Assembly (NCBI GenBank): GCA_012295275.1
Contig: CM022679.1
Location: 31,000,001-31,064,000 of the forward strand
DNA: 64,000 bases
Origin: Chrysomallon squamiferum
Taxonomy: Eukaryota; Animalia; Mollusca
Direction of reading: 5' to 3'
Shown here: positions 27,563 through 64,000 of the stretch, piece by piece
Layout: the number at the start of each line of letters is the position of its first letter
Numbering within the stretch: position 1 is the stretch's first letter
The notes under the pieces: model-generated
Seen by the model: the letters and a program-made list of their open reading frames with translations, nothing else
Database searches by the model: none
What the model was told of the DNA's origin: nothing
Made by a program: the position numbers and the translations under genes

Positions 27563-28871
27563 CATCATCATTATTATTTTTAAATAATATAATGTTTGCT
27601 GATACCGTATTTGATGAACTGTAATGCACATCATTATTGCCAAAATAGTATTTAGTCTATTATTTATCAAGAATCAATTAAGAAAGAAACCACAGACACA
27701 GAAACATATACACACACAAAGACAAATAGTCAAATGGATTTGGGCTGAGATGCCTTTGCATTATTACTTTAGTGCGTCCGACCGTAATGCGGAATTTATT
27801 TATTTAATAATATTATAATTATTTAGTAAGACGTTTGAAACGTTTGCCGAGATCAAGAGCAGAATCGTGATTTTAAAAACTAGACAAATTATCATGTTGT
27901 CCTCTGTTCACTTTAAAAAAGCACCCAGTAAAGTTACTACGGAGAAATAACTTTTGCAGTTCTTAATAGGTGTTTCAAAACAAAGGCACAAAGTGATGTA
28001 ATATTGCTGCATTATTAGTGATGTCATGTGATCTTGTTTTACTATTTTCATAATTTGCAAAACAAAAAAAAAGAACAACAAAAAACAAAAGCAAAAAAAC
28101 CCTGCCATATCGTGATCATGTTGGTGATGATGATTACAATAATAATAACATCCACAATGAGCATAAATTTAAACTGTATTTTTTAAAATAAAATTATAAT
28201 AACTTATATTTATAGAATCGATTATAAATATATCTGTTTCATTTGATATTTAATTTGGTCATAATTTCTGAAAGCAAAACTTAAATCATTCAGGATAAAC
28301 AGGTACTTTTTTTTTATAACTGTCAGTTATATGAGCTTGTGATTTATGTTTCTCAAACTGTCATATATATCTTTTTAAATGTGTATCTACTTTGTTGTTA
28401 TTAGTACAGTAGAGGTAGTTAAAATAATATTATCTGCTTTATCTCTCGTTTATTTATTTTTTCTCTCTTTCTTTCTTATTTTCTTTATTTTTTGTTTCTA
28501 CTCTCCCATAATACTATTCAAACGTTTCCTTTATTATTATTCTATACTGTAATATTATTATTCATTATTACTGTCTATTGTAATAGATACCTCAACTGTT
28601 TTAGTGAAATGTGATTAATTGATATCTTAGTACTAGCGGTAGTACGTACGTACAAACCTACAATAATGTTTTTCTGCTTAAATTTAATCTTTCTCTTACG
28701 TTATGAAATTTGACAGACTTATTGTTATTATTATTATTTCAACTCATCTTTCTCTCACACAAAGTGTAAAATATGCATGGATGTAATGTCATTGTTTTCT
28801 AAATAATTATTGCATGAGTTGTACACTAAATGCTTAAACGTGTCTCGAAATAGATATAGTATTATGCAGAA

Positions 28872-28951
<80 letters not shown>

Positions 28952-30581
28952 ACACACAAAGATGAACTTTGTTTTGAACCTTGTTGATTTCACTTCATTC
29001 ATGGCCAACATACTTCACATGTAAAGGGCTGATTACATACACCGTTTGTTCTAATGAGAGATAGTAAACAACTGTTTATATCAACAATGTTCCGACAGAG
29101 GAGTATACTTCTCCGAAGTTATAATATACGTTGGGGGCCAGAAATCATCTGGAGACACAATTACCCCACCTTACCCTAATAACTAACTACATCAATGTTT
29201 ATTTCATTTAACTCTAATACTCTTGAATGAGACCTGGTCCTTTTTAAATCACCTCAAGATTAATCTGCAAAATATTACCTATACAACATATAAAAGGTCG
29301 AGAACTGTAATAGTTTCAGTTTAATAATAAAATGCACTTAAAGTGGACACATGTGACCACTAGAGCGATATGACTCAGCTTTAATACTGTATTACAACCT
29401 CATCTTGAATGCTGATTTCGAAAGATTCATTGGAGGAATTTTGAGTGATAAAGAAGAGCAATAATTGTTCTTTGTATTTATATAATTGCAGGAAAGTGTC
29501 AGTAAAGACGGTTTTCGGCCAACGAATCTCAGCTAATACTTGAGATTTATATTCCACGTGTCAACAAAGTCAGATTTATCGAATTAAACCCACTGTGTGA
29601 TTCGACATGGAATGTCCCTATCATGGATTTTTTATAAATATTTGCTGATATTTAATACCAGGTCTGTAAAACACAATTAAATGTAAGACTAATTGTTTCT
29701 TGAAAATCCTCTCCTATATAATATTTTATTAATATATCTTACTAATCGCAATGAGAAATGAGATTACTTCATTATTAACATATATATTAACATATTTTAT
29801 TTTTATCTTCTTCACTAAAGACTTTTTTCCCATCTACTGAATGCTTCATGATGCCATGGACATTACTTATAAAAAGAGCTGAAAATCAATAGAGGTAGTA
29901 AAAATAATATTTGTATTTTATCTCTGGTTTATATTACATTTTTTTTTTTTTTTCGGATGTCTGATAATCGCATTGAGATGTTTCATGTAAATATGCCTTT
30001 GTGCATTATAATTATTGTATATTGTCATTTCATTATTCATTATTACTAATTACTATATTATTAATAGAGATAGTTAAAATAGCATTACTATTTTATGTCT
30101 TGTTTATTTATTTGTTATTTATGTATCTTCTAGTGTCCGATACTAGCATTAAAACGTTTCTGATGTATTTGGCTTAGTGCATTATTATCATTGCTTACTG
30201 TCTTTTCATTATTCATCATTATTACTTACTCTACTAGATACGGCAATTGTTTTAGTGAAGTATGTTTAATTAATATCTTATTACTCACACTAGTAAGTAC
30301 ATACGTACCTACCTACAATAAAAATGTTCTGTTTAAATGTTTTCCTTCTCTTACCGTATGAAATTTAGCAGAGTTATTGTAACTAATAATAATAATAATC
30401 TTATTATTTTATGTCTTTTTTCAGTGATACTAATATGCTACGTAATGTAACAAGGAAACATTCTCATTTCTTATTCTTCTGTTTTGTAATTAGTTATTGC
30501 AGGTAGGCTACAGGACTAGATGTGTTTTATACTGAAAGGGAATACAAATTTCGAAATAGATAAATAGAAAATTATACACAA

Positions 30582-30645
<64 letters not shown>

Positions 30646-30752
30646 AATTTCATTCCCTCGTTTTTAAATAGCTATAATAAATTCATAACAGTCATTTCAG
30701 TGTTTTACATTAGCACTTTATTATCTCTTTAGTTTGTAAAATCATTCTCCTT

Positions 30753-43848
<13,096 letters not shown>

Positions 43849-44106
43849 GGTGAACAACGTCAACTGTTAATTACAAACTGCAAAGTAAACATTTAATGTT
43901 TAACTCTCTGAATTAATAGAAAAAATATTTATTTTCTAACATTATTTAATATGGATCTTGAAAACAGAGAAACGAAAATAAATATGGTATTGTCTCTTTA
44001 ATCCTTTTAAAATATTTCCTTGAGATTTTAAACAGTTTCCAACTATTCGAAATATTTACTACTTTTTAGAATTTTATATTCAAAAAATAATTATAAAGTG
44101 AAAATA

Positions 44107-44184
44107 ACTTACCAGAAACAGTTGTAATATTCAGTGATCTAGCAGTAACAATATTTGCAATATCGTTGGCACGAGGTATTTATA
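44107..44184 (-). promoter_or_regulatory. TATA box (44177-44184) and non-coding first exon (donor 44107-44112) of copy C
   Basis: TATAAATA, then GTAAGT about 65 nt downstream, then a TTTGCAG acceptor (43878-43879) about 30 nt before CACC-ATG. Confidence 0.62.
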
Positions 44185-46098
44185 ATGATGCACGGACGCA
44201 GTAATAATGAATCAAACGTGTGATATATAACAAATTACTGTGGCATAAAAATATAAAAGCAAAATAAATGTAAAGTTTGTGACAGGTGAAACGATTAAAC
44301 ATTGAATTTTCATATATTTATTTTATAATTAATTTGCTCTGTGTATTCTGTCGAGTTCTCTTTTTGTATGTCTGTCATAAATGTTTGTATATCTGTATTT
44401 ATTTAGCAATGTATCTATCAAAGTATCTCTATATGTAGTATACATCTATATGTAGTATACATCTATCTAGCTGTATCTGTGTCTATCTCTCTATCTGTCT
44501 GTCTATCTATCTATATCTGTCGACATCTATATTTCTAAATATATTTCTATCTATCTATAATCTATGTATCTATCTGTCAATATATGCACCTATTTATCTA
44601 TCTATTTGTCTTTGTATTTTTCTATCTGCCCTTCAGTTTTCCCTAATTTTTCTATAAGTGAAATGATATTCAAAACGTATATTGACTATTACAATATATT
44701 AAGTTAGTATAGGATGATTGTTCCATGAAAACAAACAGGTTTCGCTCTTTCAGTGATTGAGAAAATATAGATTTTTTTCTATCAACAATGAAAGTTTCGA
44801 GTCCTTTATTGTAAAAACAAATGTTACGAAATTAATAAAAACACTTCTTTGAGGTCGATTACCTCGTCAATTAAGCATTACGAGGAAATCTGTTTTGATT
44901 TCCTAAAAGAATAGTAATTTATGAATAAAATCGTCACAAAGATTTTACTCTTCTCCCTAAGCAGTTATTTTTTAGTATGATTGAAAATTATTATTGATTT
45001 CGACAAATAAAAATGTTTTTAATGACAACGTTCTAGTTTCGATCTGAGTACACTGAAATTTCTTTAAGCCCACCAACTTCATCTCATCTGACTTTTATTT
45101 GCACCCTCCACACCGACTTCACAGGTTGCCAACTTTCTTGTAATTCTGAAACATGGTAAGACGGTCAAGTTCGATGCAGTGGGGGTTTGTGGGTTAAAAT
45201 GATAATGTTAAAATTTTACACTACAGAGTTATAATTCTAAAGTGGTCTATTAAACACGAACTGACTTTATCAATCCCAAAATCGTCGAATTCAACACCAC
45301 ATTTTCGGACCAAAAGTTTCCCAACTTATGCAGTAAACCATTTCCACACTCTTGTGTAATTATGTCATATTAATCACATTTTTTGTTTTTTGCTAAGGTG
45401 CTAATAGATAATATATTTTGTTTATTCTACACAACATTTTAGTATGAAATAGTAATATTTTATTATCTTCCTAATCCTAGTGAGAAATGAGATTACATTA
45501 TTATAAGCACGTATATTATTGTTTTCATCTTCACTGAAGACATATTCTTCCATTTACTGAATGATTATTCATGCCATTCACATTACTTTTATCAATTTCT
45601 AAAAATGTCTTGTTCATAATATAAAGCTATTTTATCATTCTCGTATTCAATAATAATGCTCTTCTAAAAACATACTGAATTTCCTTAATCAGAAATATTT
45701 TTATAACAGATACACAATAACAAAATCAACTAAAATCGGAATTAAGATTTTAAAAAGTGCGAGTTGTTGCATTTTTTCATAATATTATAATAACTTGTTA
45801 GCGATTATAAATATTTGTTTTCGTTTGTTATTTAATATGGTCATAATTTCTGAAAGAAAACTATATATCATATCAGAAAAACAGCTACATAAAACAGTCA
45901 GTTGTATGAGTTTTCGTTTTGTGTTTTTCAAACTGTCATATTTATCTTTTTAAATGCATTTCTGCTCCCTTGTTATTAATGCAGAACAGGTAGTTGAAAT
46001 AATGTTACTATTTTATCTCTCGTTTATTTCATTTGTTTATATATATGCGTATTTATTTACATTATTCATCTATATAGAGCAGCTTGAAAACTGTAATA

Positions 46099-46139
<41 letters not shown>

Positions 46140-47486
46140 GCTTTTCTTCCAATTTTGCTGTCCCATAATACTGTCCAAATGTTTCATGTAAATATGCTTT
46201 CGTTGTTTATTATTATTCTGTACATAATGTTGTTATTTATTATTTCTAGCTACTGTAACAGATACCACAGTTGTTTCAGTTAAATTATATTTAATATCTG
46301 AGTGGTGACAATGAATATAAATTTATAATGTATTATTTAAAATAATATTATAATAACTTGCAATCGATTATAAACATATATATTTTCGTTTGATATTTAA
46401 TATTGTCATAATTTCTGATAGAAAACAGTACATCATCCTCGATGAACAGATATATAAAACTGTCAGTTGTACGTGAGTGTGATTTATTTTTTCAAACTGT
46501 TATGTTTTTCTTTTTAAATGTGTTTTTCCTTTGTTGTTATTAGTACAGTAGAGGTAGTACAAATAATATTATCTACTTTATCTCTCATTTATTATATTTT
46601 AATCTATTTTTTTTCTTCTCAGTCTCTTTTTCTTTCTTCTTTTTGTTGTTGTTTTTTTTGTTGATTTTCTTGTTTTGTTTGTTTGTTGCTTTTCTGATGT
46701 CCCATATTGCTACTCAAACATTTCATTGAAATATGCTTTCGCCCTTTATTGTTATTCTATACTGTAATGTAATTATTCATTATTAGTATCTACTGTAATA
46801 AATACTTCCATTGTTTTAGTTAAATATGTTTAATTGATATCCTAGTACTAACAGTAGTACGTACGTACAAACGTACAATAATATATTTCTATTTAAATTT
46901 AATCCTCCTCTTACATAATGAATTTTAGTAGAGTTATTATAACTAATAATAATAATAATAATATTATAATTATTTTAAATAATCTTCTGTCATACTAACA
47001 TATTACATAATATTGAAATGTTTCTTTTAAAGTACGCAAACGTTATTCTTATAAGGTATAAATCTGTAATTTAATTATTCGTTATTATTACTGTTATATA
47101 ATTTATATTAGTACTGTTGTCTAAGTAATTATTACAGATGCCTTATAAAAAAAAGGACGAGTTATATACAAAAACATAATATATATTTCGAAATAGATAA
47201 TTAGAAAATTATTCACAAACTGAGAGAGAGAGAGTGAGTGACGATTTCATGACCTCGCTTTTAAATAGCTTGTTTAATTCCTAATTATCTATATTATTAT
47301 AGGTGTCTACGTACATACTAGAGTTACCACTAAGATATTAATTGAACATATTTAACTAAAACAATTGTGACATCTATAACAGTAATAATGAATAATAACA
47401 TTACAATATAGAAAAACAATAAAGGACGAAAATATATTTGCATGAAACATTTGAATACCATTATGGGACAACCGAAAAAAAGCGAT

Positions 47487-47551
<65 letters not shown>

Positions 47552-49135
47552 TAATAATAACAGTAATAATAATAAAAACAAATGAAATAAACCAGAGATA
47601 AAATAGTAGCATTATTTTAACTGCCTGTTCTGCATTAATAACAAGAGAGCAGAAACACGTTTAAAAAGATAAATAAAGATAAATGTTTGACAAACATTAA
47701 AAACAAACTCATAAAACTGACAGTTTTATGTATCTGTTTATCTGAAATGATATATTCTTCTCTTATAGAAAATATGACCTCATTAAATAAAAAACGGAAC
47801 AAATATATTTGTAATCATTTACACGTTAATAGAATACTGCAGAATAAGTTATTACTCATTGTGGATGTTGTTATTATTATTGTCATTATCATCACCTACA
47901 TCATGATAATATCTGGTTTCTTTTCCTTATTTTATTTTTTGTTCTTGTTGTAAATTTTGAAAATAGTAAAACAAGATGAAATCATTCTAATTGCAAACTG
48001 TCTATAATGTGTGTGCGTGCGGGTGTGTGTATGTGTGCGAACATGTGGTGTTCAAAGCGATGGTTTTGGCATTGATAAAGTCAGTTCGTATTTAATAGAA
48101 CACTTTAGAATTATAACTCTGTAGTGTAAATTTGTAACATTATCATTTTAACCCACAAACCCCCACTGCATCGAACTTGACCGTCTTACCATGTTTCAGA
48201 ATTAAAAGAAAGTTGGCAACCTGTGAAGTCGGCGTGGAGGGTGCAAATAAAAGTCAGATGAGATGAAGTTGGTGGGCTTAAAGAAATTTCAGTGTACTCA
48301 GATCGAAACTAGCACTTTGTCATTAAAAACATTTCATATTTGTCGAAATCAATAATAATTTTCAATCATACCGATTAATAACTGCTTAGAGGGAAGAGTA
48401 AAATCTTTGCGACGATTTTATTCATAAATTACTATTCTTTTAGGAAATCAAAACAGATTTCCTCGTAATGCTTAATTGACGAGGTAATCGACCTCAAAGA
48501 AGTGTTTTTATTAATTTCGTAACATTTGTTTTTACAATAAAGGACTCGAAACTTTCCGTGTTGATAGAAAAAAAAATATATTTTCTCAACACTGAAAGAG
48601 CGAAACCTGTTTGTTTTGATGGAACAATCATCCTATACTAACTTAATATATTCTAATAGTCAATATACGTTTTGAATATCATTTCACTTATAGAAAAATT
48701 AGGTAAAACTGATGGGCAGATAGAAAAATACAAAGACAGATAGATAGATAAATAGGTGCATATATTGACAGATAGATACATAGATTATAGATAGATAGAA
48801 ATATATTTAGAAATAGACTGATATAGATAGATAAACAAACAGATAGAGAGATAGACACATATACAGCTAGATAGATGTATACTACATATAGAGATACTTT
48901 GATAGATACATTGCTAAATAAATACAGATATACAAACATTTATGACAGACATACAAAAAGAGAACTCGACAGAATACACAGAGCAAATTAATTATAAAAT
49001 AAATTTATGAAAATTCGATGTTTAATCGTTTCACCTGTCACAAACTTTACATTTATTTTGCTTTTATATTTTTATGCCACAGTAATTTGTTATATATCAC
49101 ACGCTTGATTCATTATTATTGCGTCCGTGCATCAT

Positions 49136-49213
49136 TATAAATACCTCGTGCCAACGACATTGCAAATATTCTTACAGCTAGATCATTGAATATTACAACT
49201 GTTTCTGGTAAGT
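49136..49213 (+). promoter_or_regulatory. TATA box (49136-49143) and non-coding first exon (donor 49208-49213) of copy D
   Basis: Reverse-complement homologue of the copy C module. The acceptor TTTGCAG ends at 49442. Confidence 0.62.
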
Positions 49214-49471
49214 TATTTTCACTCTATAATTATTTTTTGCATATAAAATTCTAAAAAGTAGTAAATATTTCGAATAGTTGGAAAAAGTTTAAAATCTCAG
49301 GGAAATATGTTAAAGGGATTAAAGAGAGAATACCATATTTATTTTCGTTTCTCTGTTTTCAAGATCCATATTAAATAATGTTAGAAATTAAATATTTTTT
49401 CTCTTAATTCAGAGCGCTAAACATTAAATGTTTACTTTGCAGTTTGTAATTAAAAGTTGACGTTGTTCACC

Positions 49472-57594
<8,123 letters not shown>

Positions 57595-57729
57595 GTAAGT
57601 GAACTATATTTCAAGTCCACTTTAATATGAAGAAACAAAGATAAATATATGTCTGACACAGGGACTGAGCTAGAGCTCCAGGAGAATGACTCTATTAAAA
57701 TGTCCAAATATTTTAGATACAGGCAACTC

Positions 57730-57793
<64 letters not shown>

Positions 57794-57870
57794 GCCTCTC
57801 AAATGCAAATACCTAACATTCACTTGTTCTCAGTTATTCATGCTAGCTGCAATGACCTTTGAGCTAAGTA

Positions 57871-58070
57871 NNNNNNNNNNNNNNNNNNNNNNNNNNNNNN
57901 NNNNNNNNNNNNNNNNNNNNNNNNNNNNNNNNNNNNNNNNNNNNNNNNNNNNNNNNNNNNNNNNNNNNNNNNNNNNNNNNNNNNNNNNNNNNNNNNNNNN
58001 NNNNNNNNNNNNNNNNNNNNNNNNNNNNNNNNNNNNNNNNNNNNNNNNNNNNNNNNNNNNNNNNNNNNNN
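57871..58070. other. Assembly gap (200 N)
   Basis: Run of n characters. Confidence 0.99.
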
Positions 58071-61000
58071 ATAATAAATAAAATCAACTAAAATCGGAAT
58101 TAAGATTTAAAAAGTGCGAGTTGTTGCATTTTTTCATAATAATATAATAACTTGTTAGCGATTATAAATATTTGTTTTCGTTTGTTATTTAATATGGTCA
58201 TAATTTCTGAAAGAAAACTATATATCATATCAGATAAACAGCTACATAAAACAGTGAGTTGTATGAGTTTGCATTTTGTGTTTTTCAAACTGTCATATTT
58301 ATCTTTTTAAATGCATTTCTGCTCCCTTGTTATTAATGCAGAACAGGTAGTTGAAATAATGTTACTATTTTATCTCTCGTTTATTTCATTTGTTTATATA
58401 TATGCGTATTTATTTACAATATTCATCTATATAGAGCACCTTGAAAACTGTAATGTTGTTATTATTACTAATATTATTATTATTATTATTATTAATATTA
58501 TTATTATTATTATTATTATTGCTTTTTCCAATTTTACTTTCCCATAATACTATCCAAATGTTTCATGTAAATATGCTTTCGTTGTTTATTATTATTCTGT
58601 ACATAATGTTGTTATTTATTATTTCTAGCTACTGTAACAGATACCACAGTTGTTTCAGTTAAATTATATTTAATGAATATCTGAGTGGTGACAATGAATA
58701 TAAATTTATAATGTATTATTTAAAATAATATTATAATAACTTGCAATCGATTATAAACATATATATTTTCGTTTGATATTTAACACTGTCATAATTTCTG
58801 AAAGAAAACAGTACATCATCCTCGATGAACAGATATATAAAACTGTCAGTTGTACGTGAGTGTGATTTATTTTTTTCAAACTGTTATATTTTTCTTTTTA
58901 AATGTGTTTTTACTTTGTTGTTATTAGTACAGTTGAGGTAGTACCAATAATATGATCTACTTTATCTCTCATTTATTTTTTTTTTTTTCTTCTCAATCTC
59001 TCTTTTTTTTGTTCTTTTCGTTGTTGTTTTTTATTGATTTTTTTGTTTTGTTTGTTTGTTGCTTTTCTGATGTCCCATATTGAAACGTTTCATTGAAATA
59101 TGCCTTCGCTCTTTATTGTTATTCTATACTGTAATGTAATTATTCATTATTAGTATCTACTGTAATAAATACTTCCATTGTTTTAGTTAAATATGTTTAA
59201 TTGATATCCTAGTACTAACAGTAGTACGTACGTACAAACGTACAATAATATATTTCTATTTAAATTTAATCCTTCTCTTACATAATGAATTTTAGTAGAG
59301 TTATTATAACTAATAATAATAATAATAATATTATAATTATTTTAAATAATCTTCTGTCATACTAACATATTACATAATATTGAAATGTTTCTTTTAAAGT
59401 ACGCAAACGTTATTCTTATAAGGTATAAATCTGTAATTTAATTATTCGTTATTATTACTGTTATATAATTTATATTAGTACTGTTGTCTAAGTAATTATT
59501 ACAGATGGCTTACAAAAAAAGGACGATTTATATACTAAAACTTAATATACATTTCGAAATAGATAATTAGAAAATTATCCACAAACTGAGAGAGAGAGAG
59601 AGAGAGACGATTTCATGACCTCGCTTTTAAATAGCTTGTTTAATTCTCTAATTATCTATATTATTATAGGTGTCTACGTACATACTAGAGTTACCAGTAA
59701 GATATTAATTGAACATATTTAACTAAAACAGTTCTGGTATCTATTACAGTAATAATGAATAATAACATTAATTAGAAAACAATAAAGGACGAAAATATAT
59801 TTATTATTATATTATCAAACGTACATAATAATAATAATAATAAGATATTAATAAAAACATAATTAACTAAAAAAACAGTTCTGGAGATAAAATAGTAGCA
59901 TTATTTTAACTGCCTGTTCTGCATTAATAACAAGAGAGCAGAAACACGTTTAAAAAGATAAATAAAGGACGAAAATATATTTACATGAAACTGACAGTTT
60001 TATGTATCTATTTATCTGAAATGATATATTCTTCTCTTATAGAAAATATGACCTCATTAAATAAAAAACGGAACAAATATATTTGTAATCATTTACACGT
60101 TAATAGAATACTGAAAAAATACAGAATAAGTTATTACTCATTGTGGATGTTGTTATTATTATTGTCATTATCATCACCAACATCATGATAATATCTGGTT
60201 TCTTTTCCTTATTTTATTTTTTGTTCTTGTTGTAAATTTTGAAAATAGTAAAACAAGATGAAATCATTCTAATTGCAAACTGTCTATAACGTGTGTGCGT
60301 GCGGGTGTGTGTATGTGTGCGAACATGTGGTGTTCAAAGCGATGGTTTTGGCATTGATAAAGTCAGTTCGTATTTAATAGACCACTTTAGAATTATAACT
60401 CTGTAGTGTAAATTTGTAACATTATCATTTTAACCCACAAACCCCCACTGCATCGAACTTGACCGTCTTACCATGTTTCAGAATTACAAGAAAGTTGGCA
60501 ACCTGTGAAGTCGGTGTGGAGGGTGCAAATAAAAGTCAGATGAGATGAAGTTGGTGGGCTTAAAGAAATTTCAGTGTACTCAGATCGAAACTAGAACGTT
60601 GTCATTAAAAACATTTCATATTTGTCGAAATCAATAATAATTTTCAATCATACCGATTAATAACTGCTTAGAGGGAAGAGTAAAATCTTTGTGACGATTT
60701 TATTCATAAATTACTATTCTTTTAGGAAATCAAAACAGATTTCCTCGTAATGCTTAATTGACGAGGTAATCGACCTCAAAGAAGTGTTTTTATTAATTTC
60801 GTAACATTTGTTTTTACAATAAAGGACTCGAAACTTTCCGTGTTGATAGAAAAAAAAATATATTTTCTCAACACTGAAAGAGCGAAACCTGTTTGTTTTG
60901 ATGGAACAATCATCCTATACTAACTTAATATATTGTAATAGTCAATATACGTTTTGAATATCATTTCACTTATAGAAAAATTAGGGAAAACTGATGGGCA

Positions 61001-62834
61001 GATAGAAAAATACAAAGACAGATAGATAGATAAATAGGTGCATATATTGACAGATAGATAGATAGATTATAGATAGATAGAAATATAGATGTAGACTGAT
61101 ATAGATAGATAGACAGACAGATAGAGAGATAGACACATATACAGCTAGATAGATGTATACTACATATAGAGATACTTTGATAGATACATTGCTAAATAAA
61201 TACAGATATACAAACATTTATGACAGACATACAAAAAGAGAACTCGACAGAATACACAGAGCAAATTAATTATAAAATAAATTTATGAAAATTCGATGTT
61301 TAATCGTTTCACCTGTCACAAACTTTACATTTATTTTGCTTTTATATTTTTATGCCACAGTAATTTGTTATATATCACACGTTTGATTCATTATTACTGC
61401 GTCCGTGCATCATTATAAATACCTCGTGCCAACGATATTGCACATATTGTTACAGCTAGATCATTGAATATTACAACTACTTCTGGTAAGTTATTTTCGC
61501 TTTATAATTATTTTTTGAATATAAAATTCTAAAAAGTAGTAAATATTTCGAATAGTTGGAAAAAGTTTAAAATCTCAGGGAAATATGTTAAAGGGATTAA
61601 AGAGAGAATACCATATTTATTTTCGTTTCTCTGTTTTCAAGATCCATATTAAATAATGTTAGAAATTAAATATTTTTTCTCTTAATTCAGAGCGCTAAAC
61701 ATTAAATGTTTACTTTGCAGTTTGTAATTAACAGTTGACGTTGTTCACCATGTTTGCGTTGAAACTGCAAATTATCCTGCTCTTGATTATTTTGGGATCA
61801 GTGCAGGTCGAATTAATGCCTGACAGGTAAGTTTCGTTTTCCCTTTTCCTGTTCAGTGCAGTTGAATGTGAGACGGGTGAATGAGTGCAAAATAAAATAC
61901 TTTCTTTAGTGCTCTGGATTGTAGGTGTAATTAAATATATTTGTAATAATCTTAATCTATTCCAATACAAATACGTATATGGAATTATAAGAAATAAAAC
62001 CTTTCATCTAAATAGGTAAAACGTTTCTTATTATATGGCTTTAATTATATACATGTAATTTTAATAGTATTTTTTAATATTATTATTATTACTACTACTA
62101 CTTTCCTATATTTGTTATTATTATTATTAATTGTTTTGTATCACTAGTCACTTTTTTGCTATTTCATTTGCGTCTGACTTACTCTACGTCACTATGAGAG
62201 TTTTTTACTTAAAATTGTTCGTAAGAATAAAACACATATAATGTAATTCTAGTTAAAGGAATATATTCATGTTAAGAAAACTATGAAGATGTAAAATGAA
62301 ACTATGTAAGATAAATCGTAAAACTGAATACTGTTTTCTGCCACTTGAAGTCTAATAAATGAATTATTTAAACTCGGAGTTACAAAGTTTTTGATGATTT
62401 TGTAGCTGTCGTTAGTTCATCATTTAGCAATACAAATTCAGAGACCATCCTTGATAATATCCCTCAAAGTGTTCATATTAATAGTCATACTTTTAGGGAC
62501 CCAAACTAGTCATTAGAAATTTATTGATAACGTTACAGAAAAAAATATATATAATACAATGCAACACTATCGATAATCGAGTACTGGAATCATTAAATAT
62601 ATTAAGAATTTATGTTAGTAATAAACGGAAGGTTCCGCATTAGAATGAACATTAATTAGGTTAGTAATGCAATATTTTGTTTTTGCATACATTCGGTATT
62701 AAAAAACAAAGCAAGATAGTTTCACTCTAGGCTGTCATTTTGAAGGTATAATATCATATCAAATAAAAAAAGCTATTTTTACTAACGTTTATACCCTTTG
62801 TCTTTCTTTTAATACGCATATCCATAAGAATTAC

Positions 62835-62907
<73 letters not shown>

Positions 62908-64000
62908 CTATCTCTGCTTCTCCTTCTCTGTGTGGATGACTCTCTGTATCTACAGCTTTTTATGCCCTTTACATACAATCCAGAAATAACCAACACTTCT
63001 CTCCTCACAAATATATACAATTTTTTCACAGACACTCACAAATACACACACCTATAGAAACACAGATATTTTTGGAATTATTCACCTGAGTGTTTATTTT
63101 CTTTGTACAGCAGCCCATTCACTCTGTGTGTATGACTCTCTGTATCTATAGCTTTTTATGCCCTTCACATACAATCCAGAAATAACCAACACTTCTCTCC
63201 TCACAAATATATACGGTTGTTCTCCCATGTGGACACTCAGACACTCACAAATAGACACACACATAGAAACACAGATATTTTTGCAATTATTCACCTGAGT
63301 GTTTATCTTCTTTGTATAGAGCTGCCTTCTTGCCGTGAGTATCAATCTTTTAATCCCTAACATAAATCACGTCACCAATAAATCAGAACTATTAGATCAG
63401 CTTTTGTCTCTTTTCTTCCCACACCTATTACGAACTGCACAGTACATATATCAATAACAACTTTTATTCTTCAACGTGTTATTTTTTTTACTTGTTAATA
63501 TCACTCTTCTGTTGTTCATCTCTGTGTTTTTGAGTGATTATGTGTGTCTGTTTTCTTTCTTAACAGAGCCTTGATAAATAATAGACTAAATACCATTTTA
63601 ACAATAGTAGTGTAGATTAGGGTCCATCAAACATAGTAACAGCAAATGTAATACTATTTAAAATAAATAAACAAATAAATTAATAAATGATTACAATAAT
63701 GATAATGGCGATCATGATAATAACAGTAATTAAAAACAACAAGCGCAATACCAACAATAATATCCACAAATAGCTGTTAAATTAAAGTGTATTACTGTTT
63801 ATAATACGAGAATAATTTATAATCTCTCTATTTTTTTAGAATAAAATTGGAATATGTCCAGTGAGTTAATGTTAATTTATTCTGGATAAGATGGATCCAA
63901 CTGAAAATAAACTGACTGATGATGCCAGTATTCGAGTCATAATCATATAAATTAAACGTCCCACAATGTTGGTCTAGAGACAATGTGTGTATATTGCAGA
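58071..64000 (+). repeat. Near-identical direct duplicate of about 45716-51671
   Basis: Colinear match across the spacer, promoter module, signal exon and first micro-exons. Confidence 0.88.
61750..63334 (+). CDS. Micro-exon gene copy E (5' part; runs off the window end)
   Basis: TATA 61414-61421, donor 61486, signal exon 61750-61826 (MFALKLQIILLLIILGSVQVELMPD), and micro-exons 63111-63125 and 63320-63334 identical to copy D. It may be an allelic or assembly duplicate. Confidence 0.6.

Noticed and set aside
57830-58091. ORFs containing X runs
   Set aside because: They are artefacts of the 200-N gap.

Overview
AT-rich, microsatellite-laden animal genomic DNA. It looks like an invertebrate, possibly a mollusc, but the taxon cannot be fixed from the sequence. 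Positions 1-5517 (-) hold the first 8 coding exons of urocanate hydratase (UROC1), with an apparent 1-nt frameshift in exon 7. Positions 8511-9515 (+) encode a class A GPCR in a single coding exon. The region 12.6-64 kb looks like complex repeat DNA, but reading its splice signals reveals a cluster of five related micro-exon genes (A-, B+, C-, D+, E+). A/B and C/D form head-to-head inverted pairs, and E duplicates the start of D. Each gene has a TATA box, a non-coding exon, a near-invariant signal-peptide exon (MFALKLQIILL..LGSV.VEL) ending in phase 2, and a chain of 15/24/30-nt symmetric phase-2 micro-exons inside conserved duplicated intron modules. A terminal exon with AATAAA is visible for A, B and C. 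Spliced by hand, they encode prohormone-like precursors of amidated peptides resembling several unrelated neuropeptide families (YDQYGYLRF-G-R, FLPGW-G-R, NPLFV-G-RR, QIGRF-G-R). These models are manual predictions without transcript support.
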